A stretch of DNA of 56,293 nt. Origin: Veleropilina oligotropha. Its lineage: Eukaryota. The notes under the pieces are model-generated. The model made no database searches and was not told where the DNA came from. It saw only the letters and a program-made list of their open reading frames with translations. Where the stretch lies: the NCBI GenBank assembly GCA_048128005.1, contig JBEUKZ010000123.1:434001-490293 (forward strand), written 5' to 3'. Every line of letters begins with the position of its first letter. Positions within the stretch are counted from its first letter, which is position 1. A program made the translations under genes and the position numbers. Positions 1-8,549 of this stretch are shown piece after piece.

Positions 1-15
1 ACATATATATGCATA

Positions 16-327
16 ATGGGGCTCCCAGAAGAGCTGTACTTTGCTATGCTAGAGGTGGGCTATGCCGCTCGAAGGCACAAAATCCCCGGCCCCCTTGGTA
101 CTACAATGGTCAAAATACCGCAGAAGTCACTCGAGTGCTGGCGGCGCAACGAAAAGACTATGGTGCGGTTCGCGGTCATGGTGCTCTCCGGGGGCTCGAC
201 CAACATACGGGCGACGACTGGGCAGCTTCCGGAGCCGGTCGCTGAAGCCTGTTGGAGACTGATCAAGTTGCTCGAATACCTCGCAAGTCTCGATGGCAGA
301 GAAGAAACAAAAGCCCCTGACGGCTAA
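16..327 (+). CDS. Small hypothetical protein of the element (103 aa), overlapping the integrase start
   Basis: ATG-initiated ORF in the GC-rich block, same strand as and overlapping the integrase by 35 nt; no recognisable motif. Confidence 0.45.
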   Translation: MGLPEELYFAMLEVGYAARRHKIPGPLGTTMVKIPQKSLECWRRNEKTMVRFAVMVLSGGSTNIRATTGQLPEPVAEACWRLIKLLEYLASLDGREETKAPDG

Positions 328-1267
328 AGAACTCGACGAAACCCTCCGCAAGTACTACTACGCAGATGGGGGGTTCCAGGGCGTTTCAGCTCTGCACTCA
401 AGGCTTCCAAAAGGCGCAGCCTCAATAAAAAGAATCCGGGAGTGGATCTCGACACAGGAGGTTGGTCGGTACATGCAGACGAAACCCCCTAGAGAGGTAT
501 TTGCCCGTTTCACAGAGGACAGGCCCGGTGTCCTCCACCAGGCCGATCTTCTCTATCTCCCACATGACAAGGTCGGCCGTAAAACGTACAAGTATGCGTT
601 GACCTTGGTCGACGGGGCCTCTCGCTACAAGGCTGCCAGACCACTAACATCGAAATCGGCGGGCGAAGTAGCTAAGGCGTTTGCTGACATCTACAAGACC
701 AGCCCCCATCACTTAACTTGGCCAAAAACGCTGATGGTGGATGACGGGCACGAATTCAAGGGGGAAGTATCCACTCTTCGAGGGAAGCACGGAGTTGATA
801 TAAGACGCGCTTCGCCGGGTCATCACCGATCGCAGGCATTTGTTGAGTCATTCAACCGCCGGCTAGCTGAACGACTCTTCAGGAAGCAAGCGCATGAAGA
901 GCTGAACAGCGGCCGGGACAACCGCCAGTGGGTGTCCGTTCTTCCAGCTGTAGTAGCAGATATGAATGCGACGCCAACACGACTCACTGGTATTCCTCCG
1001 GCGAAGGCAGCCAACATGTCACAGGTTCCGCTAGTGGCGTCCAAACCACCCCCACAGGAAACGCTGTTACCGATTGGCATGATGGTCTACATCACCACAA
1101 ACGAAGAAGACCCGAAAGATACCGGGCGCCGTCGCGCAACAGATCCATGGTGGACACATAAGTCCTACCCGATTCGCCGTCGCGTATCGGAACCCCACCA
1201 ACCCGCGCTCTACTACACGGCATTCTCAAAGCATGGGTTCACAAGGTCGCAGCTGAGACCTGCCTAG
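293..1267 (+). CDS. Retroviral-like (rve) DDE integrase, Polinton/adintovirus type, 324 aa
   Basis: Motifs HQADL (D1), YALTLVDGASRY, LMVDDGHEF (D2), AFVESFNRRL (E) and MNATPTRLTGIPP, with the N-terminal LRKYYY..GGF.G motif typical of Polinton integrases. No C-terminal chromodomain seen. Confidence 0.93.
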   Translation: MAEKKQKPLTAKELDETLRKYYYADGGFQGVSALHSRLPKGAASIKRIREWISTQEVGRYMQTKPPREVFARFTEDRPGVLHQADLLYLPHDKVGRKTYKYALTLVDGASRYKAARPLTSKSAGEVAKAFADIYKTSPHHLTWPKTLMVDDGHEFKGEVSTLRGKHGVDIRRASPGHHRSQAFVESFNRRLAERLFRKQAHEELNSGRDNRQWVSVLPAVVADMNATPTRLTGIPPAKAANMSQVPLVASKPPPQETLLPIGMMVYITTNEEDPKDTGRRRATDPWWTHKSYPIRRRVSEPHQPALYYTAFSKHGFTRSQLRPA

Positions 1268-4200
1268 TGATTGTGTCTACGATTACAGGACAGGCATGTC
1301 AACCGGACGTTCCACTTGTAGTGACCCTGACTGTCATCCAGGCGGTCGATACTGAACGTCTGCCCGTGGCACTTCGTGTAGCCCTGAAGAAGGAGAGCAC
1401 TATGACAGACCACGCACCTCTTGTCTGCAGCATCAATCATGTCGAGCACGTGGTTGACGGTGAGGTTATGGTATGCTCCCTCGTAACGGGGCCGGTTCTT
1501 ATGGCGATCCTCAACCATGTATCGCTTGAGCCTTGCGGCGATGAGCTCTCGCGAAGGTGTGGCCTGCTGATCGGTGGGAGTTATATCACCCTGAGCGTCG
1601 TCAGGCGGCAGAACCCTTACAATCTGATCCATCAACCGGGCCCGGCTCACTGCTGTGTATACGGCGTTGCTCACCCAGCCACTCAGACCGTGGTCGACGA
1701 TGTATAGGCGCCTGGGTGGTTGGATGGTCTTCCCTTGCACCCTATGCACCGTCCCCCACCCCGCATATTTCCACTCAGGCGGTAGCCCGTTCTCGACTAG
1801 TTCAAGGGGGACTTTGACAATGGTCCCTCGATAGGCCGGCACGGTTTTTGGACTACCCGGTATCTTTATAGGCAGACCCTGCTTGCGGTACCGGTGCGAG
1901 ATGCTATCGTCTGGGTCGAATCGAATATTAGCAGGAAGCCGGGGGTGTGTCTTTCTGTGCTGCCGGAGCAACTGGGTCTGGACATGCGCACCTAGATTGT
2001 TCGTGGAGCAGATCCACATGTCATCGGGCTTGGTGCGATCTACAGCTTCTACGAACGGCGTTGCGGCCAACTTATCTCTGAAGACGTTGAGCTGTTGCTG
2101 GTCATTAGCACACCACATCTGCGCCTTTACGTCGTGCAAAGCCGACGTTGGCCCATTTTGACAGCGACAGCAGGACCACGGCTCGCCACACACCTCACAC
2201 AGGCACCTATAGTCGGTGTCAAACCACCGCAGGTTGGGGTCGGTGCACCAGTCTGCTAACATGCGGTGAGGGCCTTCTTTATCGCCCCATGGCGGGATCT
2301 GCCCCATATCCCCGACGCATATGATTTGACACATCCGGCGGGCGAGATAATCAAGGACGGTCATCAGGATCTTCGTGGGGACCTTGCAACACTCGTCGAT
2401 GATGATAACCTCGGCTAGGTTATCGAGTCGGTGTCCCAGGGCAGCCGGGTCCCAATCATCGATCGGCTTGCCGACGGGTAGACATAAGTAGTGGTGGATC
2501 GTCTGGACTTGTGCATTCTCTAGACCAAGTCTCGGGTTGTTGCGGTGTTCTTGGGCGAGGTCGTTCTCGGGGGTGAGCATGATCAGCTTCCGACCACGAA
2601 ATGTCTGAACAGCCCACTCGGTTTTTCCACTCCCGCCTTGACCTGCGAGGTGTAAACGTCGCGAGGTGGCCGCGCTGATATCGGAAGGGAACGGAGGGGC
2701 GTTCCCCGCGGGCAAGTCGAGACGACCAGCATGCTCTATCGTCCAAGCAGCAGCCTCTGGGCGCCACTCGTAACCCGGGGATTTATGTCGCCATTGCCCA
2801 TACCGTAGCCATTGCCCATACCTAGGCTGGTCTGGGACCAGCATATGTTCGACCGATTCGGGCAGGCTCTTGACGTATATGGCATCGGTGCAGACACGAA
2901 GGACATCCTCTTGTGGGAATCTTCGTAGCATGCGGCGGAGGGCAATGTTCGTATATGCGAGTACGAAGGCTCGTATATGAAACCACTGCGTCCTGGTCTT
3001 GCCGTCCTTGTACTGAATGAGGTGGACATTGTCAGCCTTCTCGAAGTTCAAGAGACGGTCAGTGCCGCCGAGAACATTGGCCAAGTAGGCGGCCTCGTTT
3101 GGATCATGGACTAGGATGCTCGACTCATCACCATGGCGAGCACATTTGCCAATGAAGCGCACAGCCAGGTCTCTTAATGGGAACTTGATAGCGGCCTTTA
3201 TGCGTACGCTGTATACCACCTCGCGCGCTGTGACCTCCACCAGATCACCAGAGTCAATTAAGTCTGCAAGCTCGGGGGTAGTGATCCAGCCCTGCTTCTC
3301 CCGTAGGTGCTCGCCTACGCGACCTACGGTATAGGGGTGCGTCTCTGGGCTGAATTGCCACGCAGTGAGCTGCACCGCTCCTGTCAAGGTGAGGACATCT
3401 CTTAAGGACACGCCCTCGACGTTCGCTCGACGCATCATACTCGTCGGGAACCCATACTGGCGCACTAGATCTATGGCATCTCCAACCCCACCAGAAAGGG
3501 AGTCTTCGCAGCCAAGGTATGCTGCGCGCATGTCGATATGATAATGAACACTTGTGCCTGCGGCTGAGTCGTTAGAATTCCAAACCTTGGCCTCAACCTG
3601 AGCCGCTCTCCAGGTGTCCCGGTGTTTTTCGGGCGTTGGCTTGATCTCCTCGCGGGCCAACCACTTTTGGAACCGGTAAGACATGGCGCCACCCATGGAG
3701 TGGGTCGCTCTGCGGTATTCCTCTTCAAGCTTCTCAAGTTCTTCGGGGATCTCGGAAGGATGCCAGTGCATCTCGTCCTCGAAAGCGCGGTCAATAGCCA
3801 TACCCTCGGCCCTCGACCTCCACAGGGAACCATCGCTACCCACGAGAGCCTGTCCACATACCCAGACCCGGACCGTCGATGGGATGGCCCTGGAGGCAAA
3901 TGAGATCAGAACCTCTCTTGTATTTTGGTCCATGGTCTTCTGGGCCGCAGTGGTTTTTCGTCCCGTCTTTCCCAGAACCACAGGCTTAAGGGCCTGTTCT
4001 GCGATGTCGTCGAGACTGCAAACCTGTAAGATCTTGGGTGGATCAATCGGGATGCTTTCCCATGCGTGGTTGTTATGGCACGGCACCAGAATCTTGGGAT
4101 GGCTCTTGTATTTACCGCTGTCCCATAGAGTGTTGCCTAACGCGTCGACGGCAACAAGCTTGACTTTGAGAGCCGCTTCAATGGAGAACATATCCTCGCG

Positions 4201-5292
4201 TGTGCAGCCCGTTTCTGCAAGCTTTCGGTCGAACTGCTTAAGAATTTGTCTGCGGCTCCTTGTTAACCCATCTCCGGCTTTCGTCATTTTGTTCTGGAAG
4301 TGGTCCACCACACAGCGAACGAAGCAGTTTACAAACTCTCCGTCTTCTTGAGGGGCTAGCATTGGCCCCGGTTCTCCTTGCTGCTCCGGAAGCGGACGCA
4401 GCTCATACCTAACATAGACGAGATATTCTCGCCCCTTCTCCCACGTATGCTGGTCGATGCCGTGAAGAGCCCCGGCGCTGACCTGGTCTCCGCGAACCAC
4501 CCCCTTCCCCTTAATGTGCTGCTCAGAGACACCCACTTCTTCTGTCACTTGGGCAAGAGGCTCCTTGGCCGATTTCCCCACTACCGTGAACAACTTGTAT
4601 TGTGTGTCGGGGTCTAGAAGTTCCAACACCTCCGAGGCCATGCCCAGCGTCACCCGAAGATCCCTCTTTTCGCACGATACCCAATACACCGCGCCTTCGT
4701 CTGTTATGTCAGGTCCCCTGACAACAGCCTGGAAGTCGAATCTACGACCATCAATAGCCTCGGTAATTTCTTTACGAACGACGTCGGCGCCCTTTTTAAT
4801 ATAAGCTCCATCGGGGAACAGGACTGCGACACCGCCAACGAGAAGTGAATAATATTCATCCGGGATTAAGTGGTCGCTCAGAATATCGGACCCCTCCCGA
4901 GCAATTGCCTGGGCAAGGGTCTCTTTCCGAGACCTAACCAGACCGTGCAGGTGTGGCTTGACGTTTCGATCCGTGATGTTACGAAGTGGCTTCTGTCGTA
5001 GCCCAGGCTTTTTCTCAGCTTGGGTTGTGTATTTACTGACCCTTAGGGCCACATCGACCTCGTCCTGGAACTGTCGCAATTCACGAGCACGACGGCCTCT
5101 TTTGTGGGGATTCTCTACATCTCCACGAATGGTGGGGAATCTTCCCGTTTTCATCGCCCGCTCGAGTCTCCTCTGGAACTCGGCAGCACGGACCCCGGCT
5201 ATTGCCGTGATGAGGTCGTTTTTGTTGAGCTTCGACCTACCGGGAAGCCCATAATCCTTCGCTAAATTACGTAGTTCTCTGAGGAGAGGCAT
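1264..5292 (-). CDS. Replication polyprotein: HeH/Rho-N + putative OTU-like protease + pPolB-like core + SF1 (RecD/Pif1-like) helicase + HNH/EndoVII-like nuclease (~1342 aa from ATG 5292)
   Basis: N-terminal LRELRNLAKDYGLPGRSKLNKNDLI; VNCF...NNHAW; PolB-like motifs HIDMRAAY, RFIGK, HIRAFVLAY and VCTDAIY; helicase motifs GQGGSGKT, IIIDEC, GDMGQIPP, TVHRVQGKT and YTAVSRAR; C-terminal CVVC...SIDRLDDSQGH...NVRLTCLSCN. The track start at 5370 lies inside the 55-bp repeat, so ATG 5292 is preferred. Confidence 0.88.
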   Translation of the reverse strand: MPLLRELRNLAKDYGLPGRSKLNKNDLITAIAGVRAAEFQRRLERAMKTGRFPTIRGDVENPHKRGRRARELRQFQDEVDVALRVSKYTTQAEKKPGLRQKPLRNITDRNVKPHLHGLVRSRKETLAQAIAREGSDILSDHLIPDEYYSLLVGGVAVLFPDGAYIKKGADVVRKEITEAIDGRRFDFQAVVRGPDITDEGAVYWVSCEKRDLRVTLGMASEVLELLDPDTQYKLFTVVGKSAKEPLAQVTEEVGVSEQHIKGKGVVRGDQVSAGALHGIDQHTWEKGREYLVYVRYELRPLPEQQGEPGPMLAPQEDGEFVNCFVRCVVDHFQNKMTKAGDGLTRSRRQILKQFDRKLAETGCTREDMFSIEAALKVKLVAVDALGNTLWDSGKYKSHPKILVPCHNNHAWESIPIDPPKILQVCSLDDIAEQALKPVVLGKTGRKTTAAQKTMDQNTREVLISFASRAIPSTVRVWVCGQALVGSDGSLWRSRAEGMAIDRAFEDEMHWHPSEIPEELEKLEEEYRRATHSMGGAMSYRFQKWLAREEIKPTPEKHRDTWRAAQVEAKVWNSNDSAAGTSVHYHIDMRAAYLGCEDSLSGGVGDAIDLVRQYGFPTSMMRRANVEGVSLRDVLTLTGAVQLTAWQFSPETHPYTVGRVGEHLREKQGWITTPELADLIDSGDLVEVTAREVVYSVRIKAAIKFPLRDLAVRFIGKCARHGDESSILVHDPNEAAYLANVLGGTDRLLNFEKADNVHLIQYKDGKTRTQWFHIRAFVLAYTNIALRRMLRRFPQEDVLRVCTDAIYVKSLPESVEHMLVPDQPRYGQWLRYGQWRHKSPGYEWRPEAAAWTIEHAGRLDLPAGNAPPFPSDISAATSRRLHLAGQGGSGKTEWAVQTFRGRKLIMLTPENDLAQEHRNNPRLGLENAQVQTIHHYLCLPVGKPIDDWDPAALGHRLDNLAEVIIIDECCKVPTKILMTVLDYLARRMCQIICVGDMGQIPPWGDKEGPHRMLADWCTDPNLRWFDTDYRCLCEVCGEPWSCCRCQNGPTSALHDVKAQMWCANDQQQLNVFRDKLAATPFVEAVDRTKPDDMWICSTNNLGAHVQTQLLRQHRKTHPRLPANIRFDPDDSISHRYRKQGLPIKIPGSPKTVPAYRGTIVKVPLELVENGLPPEWKYAGWGTVHRVQGKTIQPPRRLYIVDHGLSGWVSNAVYTAVSRARLMDQIVRVLPPDDAQGDITPTDQQATPSRELIAARLKRYMVEDRHKNRPRYEGAYHNLTVNHVLDMIDAADKRCVVCHSALLLQGYTKCHGQTFSIDRLDDSQGHYKWNVRLTCLSCNRRHNH

Positions 5293-5293
5293 C

Positions 5294-5450
5294 ACAAAGT
5301 ATTGCGAGATGACACTAATATGCCAGTCTCTAAATGGAATCGGACAATACAAAGTATTGCGAGATGACACTAATATGCCAGTCTCTAAATGGAATCGGAC
5401 AATACAAAGTATTGTGAGATGACACTAATATGCCAGTCTCTAAATGGAAT
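5294..5450. repeat. ~3 tandem copies of a 55-bp unit
   Basis: ACAAAGTATTG(C/T)GAGATGACACTAATATGCCAGTCTCTAAATGGAAT starts at 5294, 5349 and 5404. Confidence 0.95.
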
Positions 5451-5751
5451 TGTTGCAGTCGCGCGACTGCAACTCGCACAATACTTTGCCGTAGAGACGG
5501 CGAGCTCTTTTTGCAGTGTTTATGAGTGTCTGGGCGCCACGATGACCTCCACATGGTCTACACAACAGAACGGCCGATTTCGTGCCGACACCACATACCC
5601 TACATGGCAGGGGTGATGTTCTACCCATCCGAATTTGCTGTCTATGTGTCTTGCAAAATTTGTTGACGCAGCTAAGACCACAAACCCCAATGGTATTAAC
5701 TTTCAACCAAGGGCATATATTCGTTCCCCGCATAGTTATAGCGTATAGCAT
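5440..5751 (-). CDS. Small Cys/His-rich putative zinc-finger protein of the element
   Basis: CPW..VCGLSCVNKFCKTH followed by CRVCG..LCRPCG and a basic helix; same strand as, and upstream of, the polyprotein. Confidence 0.55.
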   Translation of the reverse strand: MLYAITMRGTNICPWLKVNTIGVCGLSCVNKFCKTHRQQIRMGRTSPLPCRVCGVGTKSAVLLCRPCGGHRGAQTLINTAKRARRLYGKVLCELQSRDCNNSI

Positions 5752-5768
5752 GCATATACAAGTCTCTA

Positions 5769-6133
5769 AATATAGATTATGACACTAATATATCTGTCTC
5801 TAAATGGAAATTGTTTAAGTCGCGCAATGCTTGTATTGCGACATGACACTACTATGCCAGTCTCTAATATAGAATATGCTACAAATATACGCCTGTCGTT
5901 ATCAATTTCTATTAGATAACGACAGATAGAAAACTAGGGCAGCTTAGTCAAATATAGATTATGACACCAATATATCTGTCTCTAAATGGAAATTGTTTAA
6001 GTCGCGCAATGCTTTGTATTGCGACATGACACTACTATGCCAGTCCCTAATATAGATTATGCTACAAATATACGCCTGTCGTTATCAATTTCTATTAGAT
6101 AACGACAGGTAAAAAACTAGGTCAGCTTAGTCA
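5769..6133. repeat. Two tandem ~182-bp subterminal repeats, each with a hairpin
   Basis: Units start at 5769 and 5951. Each has (C)CTGTCGTTATC-11 nt-GATAACGACAG(G) and two ATGACAC..GTC(T/C)CTAA motifs. Confidence 0.93.
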
Positions 6134-6580
6134 TCGACGGGAGATAACAGTTATTGTCAACTCCAGTTTCGGACGGCGCTGGGAGCCTCCCCGGTCGCCC
6201 TGGCCCCACGCCTGGACTAGGATAAAACGCCCTTGTCCCCCCCTTATGCAATACGTGTTTATTAAATCAACTGTATTGGTATGCTGTGAAGTCGACAAAG
6301 TCCTCTCCAACGAACATGGTGCTATCATGTTTTATCATATCCGGGTCATTTTACATAGCGCCAGAGTGTTTAATAAAAACGATAATACACATGTTACTTA
6401 TGGCATTCTGTGTAATTTTGATTGGATAATTTAATCAATGGGTCGGAACAGCCAATTGTAGAACGGGTCACAAACGGTCATTGCCAGTAATTGAGCACTT
6501 CTTTTACTACTACGATTTTACTATGAACGTGGTTATTACAGTGTTGCAGGCATAGTACTCGTATGTGCAACTAACGATCA

Positions 6581-6614
6581 ATGTTTAGTAAACATATTAG
6601 GTGCAGATATCCAG
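6581..6614 (+). CDS. SLC17/sialin-like transporter, candidate exon 1 (MFSKHIRCRYP)
   Basis: ATG at 6581 and a strong donor CAG|GTAAGA; phase 1 matches the exon 2 acceptor. ATTGG/CCAAT motifs lie at ~6421-6456. No homology support for this exon. Confidence 0.55.
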
Positions 6615-6797
6615 GTAAGATCGTTTAACTTCCGATTATCATACCATACAAAATTCAATGTAGTAGCTTGCAATTTACTTTCCGTTATGCAGTCTGTTGG
6701 TGTACAATTTTACATGGAAACTAACATATTAACGTTGCATTTTTATGTCTTGACATTTTTGTAAAAATAAACAAGCCATTATAAAATGGTCCGTGTG

Positions 6798-6975
<178 letters not shown>

Positions 6976-7484
6976 CCGCAGGATTATGAGAAAACTACCG
7001 GTCCAATTTTTACCAAAATTGGTACACACATTCCCACGAGTATTTGTAGGTCGTGTATATAACTTTCGCGACACAATATTGCAAAAACATGCATTTATTG
7101 GGCACTTTTATGCATATTTGTATATAACGTATGTCAAATGTTTCTAGTAAATAGCAATGACGTCATTACGATGACGCTTTAGATTAATCGTCATTGAGTG
7201 ACGTCACAATCGACGGGGTGGTAAAGTCTGGTAGTAAACTTCGCCATTGTAACGTTATAGCTGTTCTGAAAATCTGACGGAAATAAAGAAAAGTCAAGAC
7301 ATATTCCGAACGCGTCGGTCTTGTTTTATATTATTCTGAAAACATGTTTTATAATTGTTAACATATACAAAGCCGACAAATTTTTCGTGATTCTGATGTT
7401 TTATAATGTAAGTGACGAACTTTCTTCACGAAGCAGACGACAAATAGTTTCAATGTCGACAACGTTAACGAATTCGACATACAA

Positions 7485-8479
7485 GCGTCATGCGTGCCGC
7501 TCATTTAATGTGCTTTGAATAGAGCTTGTGAGATTAGTATAATATTGATAAAGCGACATTAGTTCTTAATAATGTTCTTAATAATATTTATCCACATATG
7601 AGTTATGTTAATCCGTATTTACCACAAAGACTGGCCACTTAATATTATTTTCCCTTAAATAAATCAACAATAGTATTATGTTTGGTAGCAATGACGATTT
7701 GTTGGTTGGACATAGAACATATTTGTCATAAACACATGCACTTTTGTTAGACCTATAATGTTCTATGTCCATTTGCTAAAACAGCGCTTAATTTTTTCCG
7801 TTTTAAAATATGATGTCACACAGGATCGTGCATATTGATCATAGTATGGTATAATGGCAGATATAACCTGTGTATATCGCACGCCTGTGTCGGTTATGGA
7901 CTATTGCAGATTCAAGAGAACATGGCATATGTACACGTAATCTTATTTACAGACTGTTCGATCTCCAACGTCACATGACGTTAATCGTCCATCTGATTGG
8001 TGAATGACTAAATGTCATAAACTATTTCAAACAGGACTTCGAACAACCTGTTTCTGAGTCGGAAAAAAGTAAATTTGAATATAATTAATAACAACAAAAG
8101 ATAAAATATACTGTTCGGATGCCGCCAAGACCAAGAATTCAATTTTGACCAAAATTGGACATAGTAATTCTCATGCGCCGATTTGCTGCTGTTTATAGTA
8201 TATAGAGTCGGTACGACCGGGCTTATTATTCACACCCATTTCCACATTTCCATGACGTCAACAATCACAAATTTCACCTTCTATTACTACGCCGCATAAT
8301 TATGTTAGAATGCGTCAACAAAATTAAAAGCAACGTTGTACAGCTTGTTTCTTTATAAATTTAAGATATATGATAAATAGAATCTCACATTCGTGGTCAT
8401 TTAATATCACATTTATGAAACTCGTTATCTAATTTTCATAAATGTGATATTAAATGACCACTGATGTGAGATCCCCTCT
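7485..8479. mobile_element. Non-autonomous repeat ending in a long palindrome (copy A)
   Basis: 8180-8479 and 7485-7568 are reverse-complement matches to 16582-16985; hairpin at 8382-8472. Confidence 0.7.
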
Positions 8480-8549
8480 TTAAGACTTTTTCGCCATGGT
8501 TACAGCATTATTGTATAACAGTCAACGACCAGTATTACGATGCATTGTA

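Larger units (their letters stand above)
1..6272. mobile_element. Polinton/Maverick- or Tlr1-like integrated DNA virus/transposon, right-hand portion (left end outside window)
   Basis: Block is clearly GC-richer than the host DNA, with tightly packed intron-less ORFs (rve integrase, PolB-helicase fusion), subterminal tandem repeats at 5294-6133, and a candidate terminus ...ATTAAATCAACT at 6272 (reads AGT.. on the minus strand). The exact end is inferred. Confidence 0.85.

Noticed and set aside
1267..5254. Plus-strand ORFs opposite the polyprotein (e.g. 3683-4351)
   Set aside because: Antisense shadows of a GC-rich coding sequence with no motifs.
1264..5292. Helitron RepHel interpretation of the helicase ORF
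   Set aside because: No HUH/Y2 Rep motifs were recognised; PolB-like motifs and the adjacent rve integrase point to a Polinton-like element.
5293..5370. ORF-track start of the large ORF at 5370
   Set aside because: The extension lies in the 55-bp tandem repeat; the HeH-like domain begins right after ATG 5292.
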